Counted from the first letter of the stretch, positions 28,209-40,303 are shown. The stretch: 64,000 nucleotides of DNA from Anaerolineales bacterium (GCA_035446285.1 DAOMSJ010000001.1:298796-362795), one strand, 5' to 3'. The notes: a model not told the origin generated them from the letters alone. Numbers and translations are program-made.

Positions 28209-29650
28209 TGTCTATTCGCCTGCGCATCACCATCCTCTACACAGCCATCCTGGCGCTCACCTTGTGCATTTTTGGGGCAGTGTTGTACTTCATCCAGGCG
28301 CAGTCCACGTTGGACTCGCTGCGCAGCGACTTGCTTTCCAGCGCTATGCGCCTCGGCGAAGCGGTGGCACGCAGCAGCCAAATGCCCCACAGCCAGCCAC
28401 CGCTGGGCGGCATCCAGACACCGCCGCTGCCTTTTGGAGAATTCTCCAATGAACAGGCATTTCAAAGTTTCCCCGAGCGTGAAATTGCCCGCGTGCTGGA
28501 TGCGCAAGGCCGCTTGGTAGCCAGCCCCTTCGGCCGCGAAGGGGATGCACTGCCACTAAGCGCTGAAGGATTGCAAGCCTTGCAAGATGGGCAGGAGTGG
28601 TGGGAAACCAGTGATGTGGCTGGGGAACCGATGCTGATCTATAGCCGTCCCATCGTGGTGGATGATGAGTTTATGTCCATCATTCAAGTCGCCACCAGCC
28701 TGGCCGAGCGCAGCCATTCACTACGCACCCTGGCAACCACTGTGCTGGGCGCAGGCTTGCTCATCGTCATCATCGCCTTCGGCGTAGGCTGGGTGTTCTC
28801 CGGCGCCATGTTGGCCCCCATCCAACGCATCACGCTCACCGCGCAGGCGATTGGTGATGAGCAGGATTTCACCCACCGCGTGAACTACGTCGGCCCGCAA
28901 GATGAAGTTGGTCTATTGGCTAACACGTTTAACTCCATGCTTTCCCGTCTGCAGAATGCCTTCCAGCGGGTGGAGCACTCGCTACAGATGCAACGCGAGT
29001 TTGTCGCCGATATCTCACATGAGCTGCGCACTCCACTCACCACACTGCGCGGCAACCTCAGCCTGCTACGGCGTAACCCGCCTATGCCCAGCGAGGAACG
29101 CGAAGACATCCTCAACGATCTCATTGATGAAAATGACCGCCTCATTCGCCTGGTGAACGATCTACTCCTCCTGGCCCGTGCAGACGCCGGGCGTGAGCTG
29201 GCCAGGGATGCGCTGGATGCTGGTGAGCTGCTCAAGGATGTGACGCGTCAGGCCCAGGTGCTCGATCCCGAGCGCTCGATTCGTCTGCAAGTGCCAGAAA
29301 GACTTACGATGCTTGGCGACCGCGATGCCCTCAAGCAGATTTTGCTCATCGCTGTGGAGAACGCCATCAAGCATTCGCACGGGGAAATCAGCGTGGCGGC
29401 TGAACTTAAGCAAGATACCGTTGAGATACGTGTTCAGGACCGCGGGCAGGGTATTGCAGCTGATCAGTTGCCGCACATTTTTGGCCGTTTCTACCGCGCC
29501 GAGGGGTCTGAAGCCGCCACGGGCTTTGGCCTCGGGCTTGCGATAGCCAAGACCCTGGTTGAAAAGCAGTCTGGCCATATAAAAATGAAGAGCGAGCCTG
29601 GGCAGGGAAGCACTCTCATCTTGCAGTTTCCTATGCAGCCTCAGCTCTAG
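28208..29650 (+). CDS. sensor histidine kinase (2 TM, HAMP, HisKA, HATPase_c)
   Basis: 'FVADISHELRTPLTTL' is the H-box, and 'QDRGQGIA...GFGLGLAIAKTLVEKQSGHI' gives the N/G boxes. The ATG overlaps the regulator's TAA (TAATG). Confidence 0.9.
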   Translation: MSIRLRITILYTAILALTLCIFGAVLYFIQAQSTLDSLRSDLLSSAMRLGEAVARSSQMPHSQPPLGGIQTPPLPFGEFSNEQAFQSFPEREIARVLDAQGRLVASPFGREGDALPLSAEGLQALQDGQEWWETSDVAGEPMLIYSRPIVVDDEFMSIIQVATSLAERSHSLRTLATTVLGAGLLIVIIAFGVGWVFSGAMLAPIQRITLTAQAIGDEQDFTHRVNYVGPQDEVGLLANTFNSMLSRLQNAFQRVEHSLQMQREFVADISHELRTPLTTLRGNLSLLRRNPPMPSEEREDILNDLIDENDRLIRLVNDLLLLARADAGRELARDALDAGELLKDVTRQAQVLDPERSIRLQVPERLTMLGDRDALKQILLIAVENAIKHSHGEISVAAELKQDTVEIRVQDRGQGIAADQLPHIFGRFYRAEGSEAATGFGLGLAIAKTLVEKQSGHIKMKSEPGQGSTLILQFPMQPQL

Positions 29651-29687
29651 GTAAAATCAAGGCACTTCTACTTAAAAGCGAGGTGCT

Positions 29688-30077
29688 ATGTCTAAACAAA
29701 CCGTCTACGCCCCCAAAGGCATCAAGCCCATGGGCCCCTACACCCCCGCCATCCGCATGGGTGACCTGCTGTTCATCTCGGGCCAGGTGGGCATTGACCC
29801 TGAAAGCGGCAAGTTCGTTGAAGGCGGCGTTACTGCCCAGGCCACCCAGGTGCTCGAGAACCTTAAGGGCCTGGTCGAGGCCGGTGGCAGCTCGATGGAC
29901 AAGGTGCTCAAGACCACCATGTTCCTCACCGATATTGCCGACTTTGCTGCCGTGAATGAGATCTACGCAACCTACTTCGCCAGCGAGCCGCCCGCCCGCT
30001 CCACCATCCAGGTGGCGGCACTACCCGGTGGCGCCCTGGTGGAGATCGAAGCGATTGCTTCGGTGAGCAGTAATTAG
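29688..30077 (+). CDS. ridA: RidA/YjgF-family reactive-intermediate deaminase
   Basis: 129 aa, 'GPYTPAIRMGDLLFISGQVGIDPESG...PARSTIQVAALPGGALVEIEAIA'. Confidence 0.9.
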   Translation: MSKQTVYAPKGIKPMGPYTPAIRMGDLLFISGQVGIDPESGKFVEGGVTAQATQVLENLKGLVEAGGSSMDKVLKTTMFLTDIADFAAVNEIYATYFASEPPARSTIQVAALPGGALVEIEAIASVSSN

Positions 30078-30121
30078 GGAGTAGTGCAAAGGAAAATCCT
30101 CACCTCCACGGCTATTCCGAT

Positions 30122-31153
30122 ATGACACCGGTGGTCAGCATCATCGTTCCCTGCTTCAATGAAGAGGCCACCATTGGTGGCCTTCTTGAAGCCATCCTGG
30201 CCCAAAGCACACCCGCTGAGCAGATGGAAGTGGTCATCGCCGATGGACTGTCCACAGACCGCACGCGTGAGCGTATCGCCGCCTTCAGCCAGCAGCACCC
30301 GCAGCTGGCGGTGCACGTGGTCGACAATCACGCCCGCCGCATTCCGCACGGGCTCAACCTAGCCATCGCCGCGGCGCAGGGCAGCACGCTGCTGCGCCTC
30401 GACGCACACTCCAGCCCGCACCACGAGTACGTGGCGCGCAGTCTGCAAACGCTGGATGAGGGCAAGGGCTGGAACGTGGGCGGTGTGTGGGAAGTGCGCC
30501 CGGGCAAAGAGACCTGGCTGGCGCGCGCCATTGCCCAGGCCGCCAGCCACCCCTTTGGCGTGGGCGATGCGCGCTACCGCTACACGACCCAAGCCGGCGC
30601 GGTGGACACGGTGCCTTTCGGCAGCTTCCGCCGCGAGCTGATCAAGACCATCGGCGCTTTTGACGAGACGCTCGAAACCAACGAAGACTATGAGTTCAAT
30701 GCCCGCGTTCGCCTGGCGGGCGGCACGGTGTGGCTGGACCCCGCCATTCGCTCGGTCTACTATGCCCGCCCCACGCTGGCGGCGCTGGCACGCCAATATT
30801 GGCGCTACGGGTACTGGAAGTGGCGCATGCTGCGCCGCTACCCCAGCACCCTGCGCCCGCGCCAGGCCATTCCGCCCCTGTTTGTGCTCGGCCTGCTCGG
30901 CCTGAGCCTGCTGAGTGTGTTCTGGACGCCCGCTGTGTGGCTCCTGGGGGCCGGGGTGGTATCATACGCACTGCTCTTACTGGCGGCTGCGGCACAAAAA
31001 GCGCTGCACCTGCGGCAGCCCAGCCTGCTGGTTGGCATGCCCCTGGCGATGATCACCATGCACCTGAGCTGGGGTAGCGCCTTTCTGTGGAGCTTGCTGA
31101 CATCGTTGGTCAATCCTCCACGCACACACGTAAATGGCACAACTGCGATCTAA
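30122..31153 (+). CDS. family-2 glycosyltransferase with C-terminal TM helices
   Basis: 'VSIIVPCFNEEATIGGLLEAILAQ', 'ADGLSTDRT' and 'RLDAHS'. The C-terminal 100 aa are hydrophobic. Confidence 0.85.
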   Translation: MTPVVSIIVPCFNEEATIGGLLEAILAQSTPAEQMEVVIADGLSTDRTRERIAAFSQQHPQLAVHVVDNHARRIPHGLNLAIAAAQGSTLLRLDAHSSPHHEYVARSLQTLDEGKGWNVGGVWEVRPGKETWLARAIAQAASHPFGVGDARYRYTTQAGAVDTVPFGSFRRELIKTIGAFDETLETNEDYEFNARVRLAGGTVWLDPAIRSVYYARPTLAALARQYWRYGYWKWRMLRRYPSTLRPRQAIPPLFVLGLLGLSLLSVFWTPAVWLLGAGVVSYALLLLAAAAQKALHLRQPSLLVGMPLAMITMHLSWGSAFLWSLLTSLVNPPRTHVNGTTAI

Positions 31154-32564
31154 AGACTCCACCAGCCTGCGCCTGGGCCTAAGCGAACGCCGTGTATTGC
31201 TGGCCCTGGGCGATCTGGTCGTGGCCGCCGTGGCGCTGGCCGTGGCTCTGTATTTCTGGGTTATCGCCGTTGGCTCGCTCAATACACTGCAAGTCATTGA
31301 ATTCCTGCAAGAGCGCCCGCCCGATTGGTTCTACTTCCTGCCCGTCATCTGGGTGGTGCTGCTCTTCGAAACCTACGACCCCCACCGTGCCTCCAGTTGG
31401 CATCATACGCGCAACAGTTTGCTGGTTGCCGCAGCACTGGGCATGAGCTTCTACATCATTTATTACTTTGCGGCCGACCCTGGCACCCTGCCGCGCCGTG
31501 CCATTGCCGTTTTTGCCGTCACGGCCTTGCTGCTCACCACCCTGTGGCGTTTGCTCTACATTCGCATCTTCACCTCGCTGCAATTTGCACGCCGCGCGGT
31601 AGTAGTGGGCGCCGGCCGCGCCGGAGAAGCACTGCTGCGCGTCATCGGCGAAATGCGCCCGGCCCCGTATCAGATCGTAGCCTTGCTGGATGATGACCCT
31701 GACAAAATCGGTAGCACGATCAGCGGGCATGAAGTCATCGGCGGCAGCGAACGGCTTTCCAGCTTGATTGAAGAAGAAGCTGTTACCGATATCCTGGTGG
31801 CCATCTCCGGCCAGATGCGTGAGAACACCTTCCACGCCCTATTGGATGCGCAAGAAGGCAGCGCCGAGATCATGCGCATGCCCACCGCCTACGAAGAGCT
31901 GCTGGGCCGCGTACCCATCAACTATTTGGAAGCTGATTGGATGGTGCGCTCCTTTGTGGATGACACTCGCGTCAATCACTTCTACCAATTGGGCAAACGC
32001 TTGTTTGACATTTTAGGTGGCCTGGTGGGCGTGGCGATTCTGCTTGTGCTCACTCCCATAGTTGCCATTCTGACCCTCATTGACACCGGCTGGCCGCTGA
32101 TCTTCTCGCAGACCCGCGCTGGCAAGGGTGGCAAGCCTTATCGCATCATCAAGTTCCGCACCATGCGCGTGGATGCTGAGAAAGATGGCAACCCGCAACT
32201 GGCCAAAGAAGATGACGAGCGCACCACGCGTCTGGGCAAAATTCTGCGCAAGACGCGCATCGACGAATGGCCGCAGTTTATCAACGTGCTGCGTGGCGAC
32301 ATGAGCCTGGTTGGCCCGCGCCCGGAGCGCCCTGAGCTGATGGAGCACTTTGAGCGCCGCATCCCCTTCTATCGTGCGCGTTTGCTGGAGCGCCCCGGCA
32401 TCACCGGCTGGGCGCAGGTGAACTACGGCTATGCCGCCACCATCGAAGAGATGAGCATCAAGCTGGAGTACGACCTGTACTACATCAAGCACCGCGGCCC
32501 CATCCTGGATTTGATCATTATTCTGCGTACCCTGGCCACCGTCTTCGGCTTCCGGGGGCGTTAA
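31134..32564 (+). CDS. polyprenyl-phosphate glycosylphosphotransferase (WbaP/EPS-initiating sugar transferase type)
   Basis: N-terminal TM bundle, a central Rossmann-like 'RRAVVVGAGRAGEAL', and a C-terminal bacterial sugar-transferase domain 'KRLFDILGG...KFRTM...DERTTRLGKILRKTRIDEWPQFINVLRGDMSLVGPRPERP'. Confidence 0.88.
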   Translation: MAQLRSKDSTSLRLGLSERRVLLALGDLVVAAVALAVALYFWVIAVGSLNTLQVIEFLQERPPDWFYFLPVIWVVLLFETYDPHRASSWHHTRNSLLVAAALGMSFYIIYYFAADPGTLPRRAIAVFAVTALLLTTLWRLLYIRIFTSLQFARRAVVVGAGRAGEALLRVIGEMRPAPYQIVALLDDDPDKIGSTISGHEVIGGSERLSSLIEEEAVTDILVAISGQMRENTFHALLDAQEGSAEIMRMPTAYEELLGRVPINYLEADWMVRSFVDDTRVNHFYQLGKRLFDILGGLVGVAILLVLTPIVAILTLIDTGWPLIFSQTRAGKGGKPYRIIKFRTMRVDAEKDGNPQLAKEDDERTTRLGKILRKTRIDEWPQFINVLRGDMSLVGPRPERPELMEHFERRIPFYRARLLERPGITGWAQVNYGYAATIEEMSIKLEYDLYYIKHRGPILDLIIILRTLATVFGFRGR

Positions 32565-33469
32565 GTGACCAAGGTACTCGTTACCGGCGGGGCGGGCTTC
32601 ATCGGCTCGCATCTCGTCAAAGCCCTGTTGCAACGCGGCGATAGCGTGCGCGTGTTGGATGATTTTTCCAGCAGCACCCGCAACCACGTCCCCGCAGAGG
32701 CAGAGCTCATTGAAGGCAAAATACAAGACCCCGCCGCGGCGGCCAAAGCCGTTGCCGGCGTGGAGTTTGTCTTTCACCAAGCGGCCTTCATTTCCGTTCC
32801 CGAATCCATTGAGAACCCTGCCGCCTGCTGGTCCAGCAATGTGGATGGCACCCTCGCCATCCTGGCGGCCGCGCACAAAGCAGCTTGCCGCGGCGTGGTG
32901 CTGGCCTCCAGCGCCGCTGTGTATGGCGACAGCCAGGCGCTGCCGCTGGCTGAGGACGCGGGTGCCAAGTGCCTCTCTCCGTATGCTGCATCCAAGTATT
33001 TCAATGAAACGCTGGCGCAACTGTACACGCTGACTTACGGCCTGCCGGTGACGGCTTTGCGCTATTTCAACGTCTTCGGCCCCGGCCAATCCCCGACCTC
33101 GGCCTATGCTGCTGCTGTGCCCAAGTTCATCGCCGCGCTCGCCGCTGGTGAGGCGCCAACGATTTTCGGTGACGGCACGCAAGGCCGCGATTTCATCTTT
33201 GTGGGCGATGTCGTACGCGCCAACCTGCTGGCCGCTGAAGCCAACAGTGGCGGCGCGTTCAACGTGTGCACAGGCCAGGAGACCACCCTGCTTGACCTGC
33301 TGGCGGCGCTGTATCCCCTGTTCCCCAACGCGCCGCAGGCCACCCACGCCGCCCCACGCCTGGGCGATGTGCACCGTTCACTGGGCGATCCGCAGGCGGC
33401 ACACGCCGCCCTCGGCTTCCGCGCCGAGACGCCGCTGGCCGAAGGACTGCGCCAGATCGTGGAGGCCGC

Positions 33470-33473
<4 letters not shown>
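32565..33473 (+). CDS. NAD-dependent sugar-nucleotide epimerase/dehydratase (SDR family)
   Basis: 'KVLVTGGAGFIGSHL', 'SSAAVYG' and 'YAASKY' (YxxxK). The GTG start follows the upstream TAA directly. Confidence 0.88.
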
Positions 33474-35352
<1,879 letters not shown>

Positions 35353-35353
<1 letters not shown>

Positions 35354-36456
35354 TGGATACCGCTACCTGGAACGCTCTTATCTCCCAATTGCCGCGCCCG
35401 CATCTCTTGCAGACCGGCCAGTGGGCACGCGCCAAAGAACCGTTTGGCTGGACGGCGCACTACAAGACCTGGGAACAAGATGGCAAGTTGGTAGCCGCGG
35501 CGCAGATCCTGCAGCGCAGTGTGCGCCTGCCGCTGATTGGCAAAGAGCTGTGCATGCTGTATGTGCCTAAAGGGCCACTGCTGGCGGATTGGAACGATGC
35601 CGCCCTGCGCGCCCGCGTGCTGGCTGGCCTGTGTGAAACCGCCAAGGAGCTGGGCGCTTTCTTCATCAAGATTGACCCCGATTTGGCCTATGGCTACGGC
35701 TTGCCCGGCGCCGAGGATGAGCGCGTGGTGCCAGCGGCCGCCGATTTTGTGGCCGAGTTGAAAGCTAACGGCTGGCGCTACTCCAACGAGCAAGTGCAGA
35801 TGCCCAATACGATGTTGATCGACATCGACAAGAGCGAAGAAGCCATCCTGGCGGCCATGAAGCAAAAGGGCCGCTACAACCTGCGCCTCTCACAGAAAAA
35901 GGGCGTCACCGTGCGCCGTGGCACCCCGGCCGACTTTGCCACCTTCTACAAAATGTACGCCGAGACCTCGGTGCGCGATGGCTTCGTCATCCGCAGCGAG
36001 GCCTACTACCGCGCCGTGTGGGATGAGTTCTACAACGCCGGACTGCTGATTCCCCTGCTGGCTGAGGTGGAAGGCGAAGTGGTGGCCGGGCTGATGCTAT
36101 TTATCTACGGCGAACAATCCTGGTACATCTACGGCATGTCGCGGGCTCTGCACCGCGAAACCATGCCCAATTATCTGTTGCAATGGGAAGCTATCCGCGC
36201 CAGCCGCGAGGCCGGCTGCAAGGTGTATGACCTGTGGGGCGCGCCGGATGAGTTCAACGAAGCCGACCCGATGTGGGGCGTGTACCGCTTCAAGCTCAGC
36301 CTGGGCGGCTACGAGGCACGCCATATTGGCGCCTGGGACCTGCCGCTGCAGCCCGCAGTGTACAGCCTGTACACGCAGGTGCTGCCGCGCCTCATAGCCG
36401 CCATGCGCTGGCGCGGCCGCCGCCAGACGCAGGCGCAAGTGCGCTCAGAGCATTAA
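35353..36456 (+). CDS. FemAB-family (aminoacyl-tRNA-dependent peptidyltransferase-like) protein
   Basis: My start is ATG at 35353, overlapping the upstream TAA (TAATG), giving MDTATWNALISQLP... Blocks are 'LYVPKGP', 'MKQKGRYNLRLSQKKGV' and 'YIYGMS...MPNYLLQWEAIRASREAGCKVYDLWG'. The track's longer ORF from 34762 is an out-of-frame extension through the upstream gene. Confidence 0.8.
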
Positions 36457-36536
36457 TTCTTCTAATCGTTAATTAGCTAATCAAAGATTGTCTGTTAGTC
36501 TGTCAGTCTTTCGCCAAGCCGTTATACGAGTACTGT

Positions 36537-36662
36537 GCTTCGTCTTTGCGAGGAGTGCGCAGCTTTGCTGCGCCGACGAAGCAACCCCAAGTCAATAGTG
36601 CAGTTTAGCTTGGGGATTGCTTCGCTGCGCTCGCAATGACATTATTCGCGTTTTATCTGCGG
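36537..36662. repeat. REP/MITE-like structured repeat cluster (inverted pair of 'TTGCGAG...CGAAGCAAT' modules plus a 'CGCGTTTTATCTGCGG' module)
   Basis: Nested hairpins are gcttcgtc/gacgaagc (36537-44 / 36575-82) and cgaagcaaccccaag/cttggggattgcttcg (36577-91 / 36609-24). The modules recur at 41458-41600. Confidence 0.7.
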
Positions 36663-36665
36663 CCA

Positions 36666-37292
36666 TTATTTATTCAAAGGAAACAACCTGCGATACTGCT
36701 CACTAATCAAGCCAATCGCTTGTTGAATACGCTCGCGGTTCTCGTCAATCTGATGCCAGCGGCTGGCGCCCGAAGGATGCGGCAGCGGCACGTACCACAC
36801 GCCATCCATCTGCATCTGTGTACCGATGACCTGCTCCAGCACAATGCCGCGGCCATAAAAGGTCTCGATAGCCATCTTGCCGATGGGAATGATGAGTTTA
36901 GGGCGCACCAATGCCAGCTCCTCATCAAGGAACGGGCGGCACATCTGCTGCTCGGTGAGCGAGGGGGCACGGTCACCGCCCCCAGATTTGTTCTTGCCCG
37001 GGAAACACTTGGTCACCGAGGTCATATACTGCGTGCGGCGGAACCAGGCTTCGTCAATGCCAGCGTCGCCCAGCCACTGAAACAAGCGCTTGCCGCTGCT
37101 GGCATTGAAGGGCCGCTTGGCCACCACCTCGGTCACACCAGGCGCTTGGCCCACCGTCATGATGCGTGCCTTTACGCTGCCGTGCGTTACCGCGGGGGGC
37201 TCGATATAGTAGCCCGCCTGCAAACACAGGCGGCAGGCACGCATCGCGCGTTGCAACTGCTCAAAGCGCGCCTGGCGTTCGGCCAGTTTCAA
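36666..37292 (-). CDS. uracil-DNA glycosylase superfamily protein (family 4/5-like)
   Basis: 'CRLCLQAG', 'IMTVGQAPG' and 'VPLPHPSGASRW' match UDG family motifs. The TTG start overlaps the nfo stop (TTGA). Confidence 0.8.
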   Translation of the reverse strand: MKLAERQARFEQLQRAMRACRLCLQAGYYIEPPAVTHGSVKARIMTVGQAPGVTEVVAKRPFNASSGKRLFQWLGDAGIDEAWFRRTQYMTSVTKCFPGKNKSGGGDRAPSLTEQQMCRPFLDEELALVRPKLIIPIGKMAIETFYGRGIVLEQVIGTQMQMDGVWYVPLPHPSGASRWHQIDENRERIQQAIGLISEQYRRLFPLNK

Positions 37293-38155
37293 GCGGTTGG
37301 CTCGCCAGTAATGACTTCGCCGCCGAGCGCCTGCCAGGTGCGCTGGTAGAGCAGCGCATCGTCTTCCAGGATCGGGCTTTCGCTGAGGATACGCCCGCCG
37401 CAGTCCATATCCTTGAGGGCTTGGAACAGCTCCTCAAGTTTGAAATCTGATTCAGCCATGGTGAGGTGGTTCTTCTCACCCTTCTCGGTGTAGGCAATGC
37501 CAGAGAGGTGGCAACTCAGATTTTTGAGCGCCTCGGCCCCCAGCGCGTCGCGGTACTTGCCCAGCGCCACCATCCACTCATCGTAGCTGTTCATGCTGCC
37601 GTCGCCGGCGCGGGCGTGCAGATGGGCAAAGTCGATGCACGGCAACACGCCCAGAATCTCCCTGGCCATCTCCAGGTTCTCTTCCAGCGTACCCAGTTGG
37701 CCGCCCTTGCCCATCGTCTCCGGGCGCAGGGTGACAGGGTTGCGGTTGCGGCGCAGCTCAGCCACGCAATCTTGCAGGCGCGCTTTGGCCAGCTTCATCG
37801 CTTCCTCAGACGGCTTGCCGCTGTAGCTGCCCGGGTGAAAGATGATCTCGGTGGCGCCGGCCAGGTTGCCGTAGTGCGCCGCATCCATCAGGCGGCGGCG
37901 CGCGTTGGGCCATTCTTCAAACGTGGCGTTCAGGTTGATGTAGTACGGCGCATGCACGCTGAGCAGCACGTCAGACTGCTTGGCCTGCTGGCGGATGGCG
38001 GCGCAGGTCTCTTCGCTGACGCGCACCGATTGCACCCAGCCCAGCTCCAGGGCGCCCAGCCCAAGCGTGCGGATGTGCTGCACGGCGCCCACGCTGCCGC
38101 CGGGTTTCTTGGGCGCCGAGATCGGCGCCCCTACAGTTCCAAATCGAAAGGCCAT
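37289..38155 (-). CDS. nfo: endonuclease IV-type TIM-barrel AP endonuclease
   Basis: 'MAFRFGTVGAP', 'LSVHAPYYINLNA', 'IIFHPGSY' and 'IDFAHLHA' resemble the metal-binding blocks of Nfo/xylose-isomerase-like proteins. I prefer ATG at 38155. The 46 residues added by the track start are Cys/Ser-rich and implausible. Confidence 0.8.
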   Translation of the reverse strand: MAFRFGTVGAPISAPKKPGGSVGAVQHIRTLGLGALELGWVQSVRVSEETCAAIRQQAKQSDVLLSVHAPYYINLNATFEEWPNARRRLMDAAHYGNLAGATEIIFHPGSYSGKPSEEAMKLAKARLQDCVAELRRNRNPVTLRPETMGKGGQLGTLEENLEMAREILGVLPCIDFAHLHARAGDGSMNSYDEWMVALGKYRDALGAEALKNLSCHLSGIAYTEKGEKNHLTMAESDFKLEELFQALKDMDCGGRILSESPILEDDALLYQRTWQALGGEVITGEPTA

Positions 38156-38201
38156 GCCTAAATTGTAATAGAATGAATCCAGTAGATTGAAAGGCAGAGC
38201 A

Positions 38202-38789
38202 ATGACCACTCGAGACGAAGCGCTTGCGATTGTGCACGAACACGTAAAGAACGAGGGGCTGGTACGCCACATGCTGTGCGTGGAAACCGCCATGCGCCAC
38301 TACGCCGCCATGTACAGCGAAGATGCCGAGCTATGGGGCGTGGCCGGGCTGCTACACGATTTTGACTGGGAGATCCACCCCACCCTCGAACAACACCCGC
38401 AAGCCGGTGCGCCGATCCTGCGTGAGCGCGGCGTGCCAGACGAGATTGTGCAGGCGGTGCTCAGCCACGCCAACCACAGCGGCATCCCGCGCACCACCCT
38501 GATGCAAAAGGCGCTGTATGCCTGTGATGAGCTTACCGGCCTGATCACCGCCGTGGCGCTGGTGCGCCCCTCACGCTCGATCCTTGACGTCAAGGTCAAA
38601 TCCATCAAGAACAAGTGGAAGGACCGCGCCTTTGCCGCCGGGGCCAACCGTGAAGAGATGGAAGACGGTGCGCGTGAACTGGGCATTGAGCTGTGGGAGC
38701 ATGCCGGCAACGTGCTGGCCGCCATGCAGGCCAATGCCGCCGAGCTTGGCCTGGTGGGCAACCCGGAGGCCGCTGGCAGCGAAAGCTGA
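38202..38789 (+). CDS. HD/HDIG-domain phosphohydrolase
   Basis: 'VRHMLCVE...WGVAGLLHDFDWE...LSHANHSG' gives the H...HD...H pattern. I prefer ATG at 38202 over the track's TTG at 38187. Confidence 0.8.
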   Translation: MTTRDEALAIVHEHVKNEGLVRHMLCVETAMRHYAAMYSEDAELWGVAGLLHDFDWEIHPTLEQHPQAGAPILRERGVPDEIVQAVLSHANHSGIPRTTLMQKALYACDELTGLITAVALVRPSRSILDVKVKSIKNKWKDRAFAAGANREEMEDGARELGIELWEHAGNVLAAMQANAAELGLVGNPEAAGSES

Positions 38790-38827
38790 CCCCGCTGCAA
38801 GCATCCACTCGCTTGACACAAGTACCC

Positions 38828-38856
38828 AAAAGCCCGCAGATGCGGGCTTTGTTGGT
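38828..38856 (+). terminator. intrinsic terminator after the HD-domain gene
   Basis: aaagcccgc / agat loop / gcgggcttt, followed by gttggtatt. Confidence 0.7.
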
Positions 38857-39066
38857 ATTCATGAGCCTGGCCAAAGGACAAAGCTGGCACAGTACTTGCA
38901 AACCTCAGGGGGAGATGGTGAACGATCTACACACTATGGATTCTTGGTCTTGGCACAGCCCATGCGGCTCATTCAGGCGCACAAGCGACCTGATCGACCT
39001 AAGCTACCCAACTGACCCCATCTACCTAAACGACCTTGCGAACAAACGCGGGAAGCGGGTGACGAA

Positions 39067-40167
39067 ATGAGCATTCTTAGCGGAAAAGGGATGTACCTTT
39101 GGATCATTAGCCGTGTGGAGGGGGGCGATCCGCAAAAGATCGCCGAGCTGGCCCAACAAGCCGGGCTCACCCATGTGCTCATCAAGGTGGCAGACCGCAA
39201 TTACAAGTACAACATTGATAACAAGACCGGGCATGACTATGTGCCCGGGGTGGTTTCCGCGCTGCGCGCCCGCGGCATTCAGCCCTGGGGTTGGCAGTAC
39301 ATCTATGGCACCAACCCGGCCGCCGAGGCCCAGATCGCTATCCAGCGCACCAAGGAATTCAACCTGGATGGCTTTGTGGTCAATGCCGAGGTGGAGTTCA
39401 AGCAAAAGAACATGGAGACGCCCGCCCGCCAGTACATGAAGGCACTGCGCGCCGGCCTGCCCAATACGCCCATCGGCTTCAGCAGCTACCGCTACCCCAC
39501 CCTGCATCGCCCGCTGCCTTTCGAAACCTTCCTCGAATATAGCGACATCAACATGCCGCAGGTCTACTGGATCCAAGCCAGCAACCCGGCGGCACAATTG
39601 CTACGCTCCGTGCGCGAGCACCAGGCGCTCAGCGTCTGGCGCCCCATCCTGCCCACCGGCGCCGCCTACCCGGATGGCGACTGGAACCCGACCGCGGCGC
39701 AGGTCACCGATTTCATGCAGGCCTGCAAAGACAACAACATCTCCGGCGCCAACTTCTGGGAGTGGTACTACGCCCGCCGCATCAGCGGCATTTGGGATGC
39801 GGTCAAGAACTTCTCCTGGCCCACCAGCCCAGCGCCTACACCGGATATCAGTATTCGTTTTCTGGATGCGCTCAATTCGCAAGACCCGGTCAAGGTGACC
39901 GCGCTGTACGGCAACAGCGGGGTGCATGTCAACGCGCAGCGCACCGTGCAGGGCAGCGAAGGCATCCTGCGCTGGTACAACTCGCTGTTGCGCGAGACGC
40001 TGCCCGGTGCACGCTTCGAGATCACCGGCAGCACCACGCAGAAGAACCTGCGCGTGCTCACCTGGACAGCCACTTCAAGCAAGGGCCGCGTGCTGGACGG
40101 CAAAGATTCGCTCGGCATCCAGAATGACAAGATTGCCTATCACTACACGTACTTCACGGTGAGATAA
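39067..40167 (+). CDS. hypothetical fusion protein: N-terminal glycoside-hydrolase-like TIM barrel plus C-terminal NTF2/SnoaL-like domain
   Basis: 366 aa. The N-terminal alternating beta/alpha pattern (GMYLWII...THVLIKVAD...GIQPWGWQYIYG...LDGFVVNAEVEF...MPQVYW) suggests a GH-like barrel. The C-terminal 120 aa ('IRFLDALNSQDPVKVTALY...IAYHYTYFTV') look NTF2-like. No catalytic motif could be verified. Confidence 0.5.
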   Translation: MSILSGKGMYLWIISRVEGGDPQKIAELAQQAGLTHVLIKVADRNYKYNIDNKTGHDYVPGVVSALRARGIQPWGWQYIYGTNPAAEAQIAIQRTKEFNLDGFVVNAEVEFKQKNMETPARQYMKALRAGLPNTPIGFSSYRYPTLHRPLPFETFLEYSDINMPQVYWIQASNPAAQLLRSVREHQALSVWRPILPTGAAYPDGDWNPTAAQVTDFMQACKDNNISGANFWEWYYARRISGIWDAVKNFSWPTSPAPTPDISIRFLDALNSQDPVKVTALYGNSGVHVNAQRTVQGSEGILRWYNSLLRETLPGARFEITGSTTQKNLRVLTWTATSSKGRVLDGKDSLGIQNDKIAYHYTYFTVR

Positions 40168-40303
40168 AAGAGTGAGCAGTAACTGGTGATTGGTGAGCAG
40201 TTGCTCGGCACAAGATACAGTGTCAGTATTAGAGAGTAGAGATTTCCTAATCACTGCTCACGAGTCACTATTCACTTCGGGCCTTACCAATTACTATTTA
40301 CCG

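Noticed and set aside
32013-33374. 453-aa minus-strand ORF
   Set aside because: It is antisense to the sugar-transferase and epimerase genes, which carry clear catalytic motifs. It has no motif of its own.
36636-37349. 237-aa plus-strand ORF
   Set aside because: It is antisense to the uracil-DNA glycosylase gene and starts inside the repeat cluster. No motifs were found.
38156-38293. 46-codon N-terminal extension of the nfo ORF (similar extensions at 15685-15726 and 16638-16706)
   Set aside because: The extensions use non-ATG starts and encode implausible Cys/Ser- or hairpin-derived peptides. Internal ATGs with better context (RBS or -10 geometry) coincide with the start of family homology.
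38915-39070. 51-codon ORF (MVNDLHTMDSWSWHSPCGSF...) ending in an ATGA overlap with the 39067 gene
   Set aside because: The G-rich stretch abuts the ATG with no spacer, so it is not a usable SD. Third-position composition is unlike neighbouring genes, and no motif is recognisable. It may still deserve a ribosome-profiling check.
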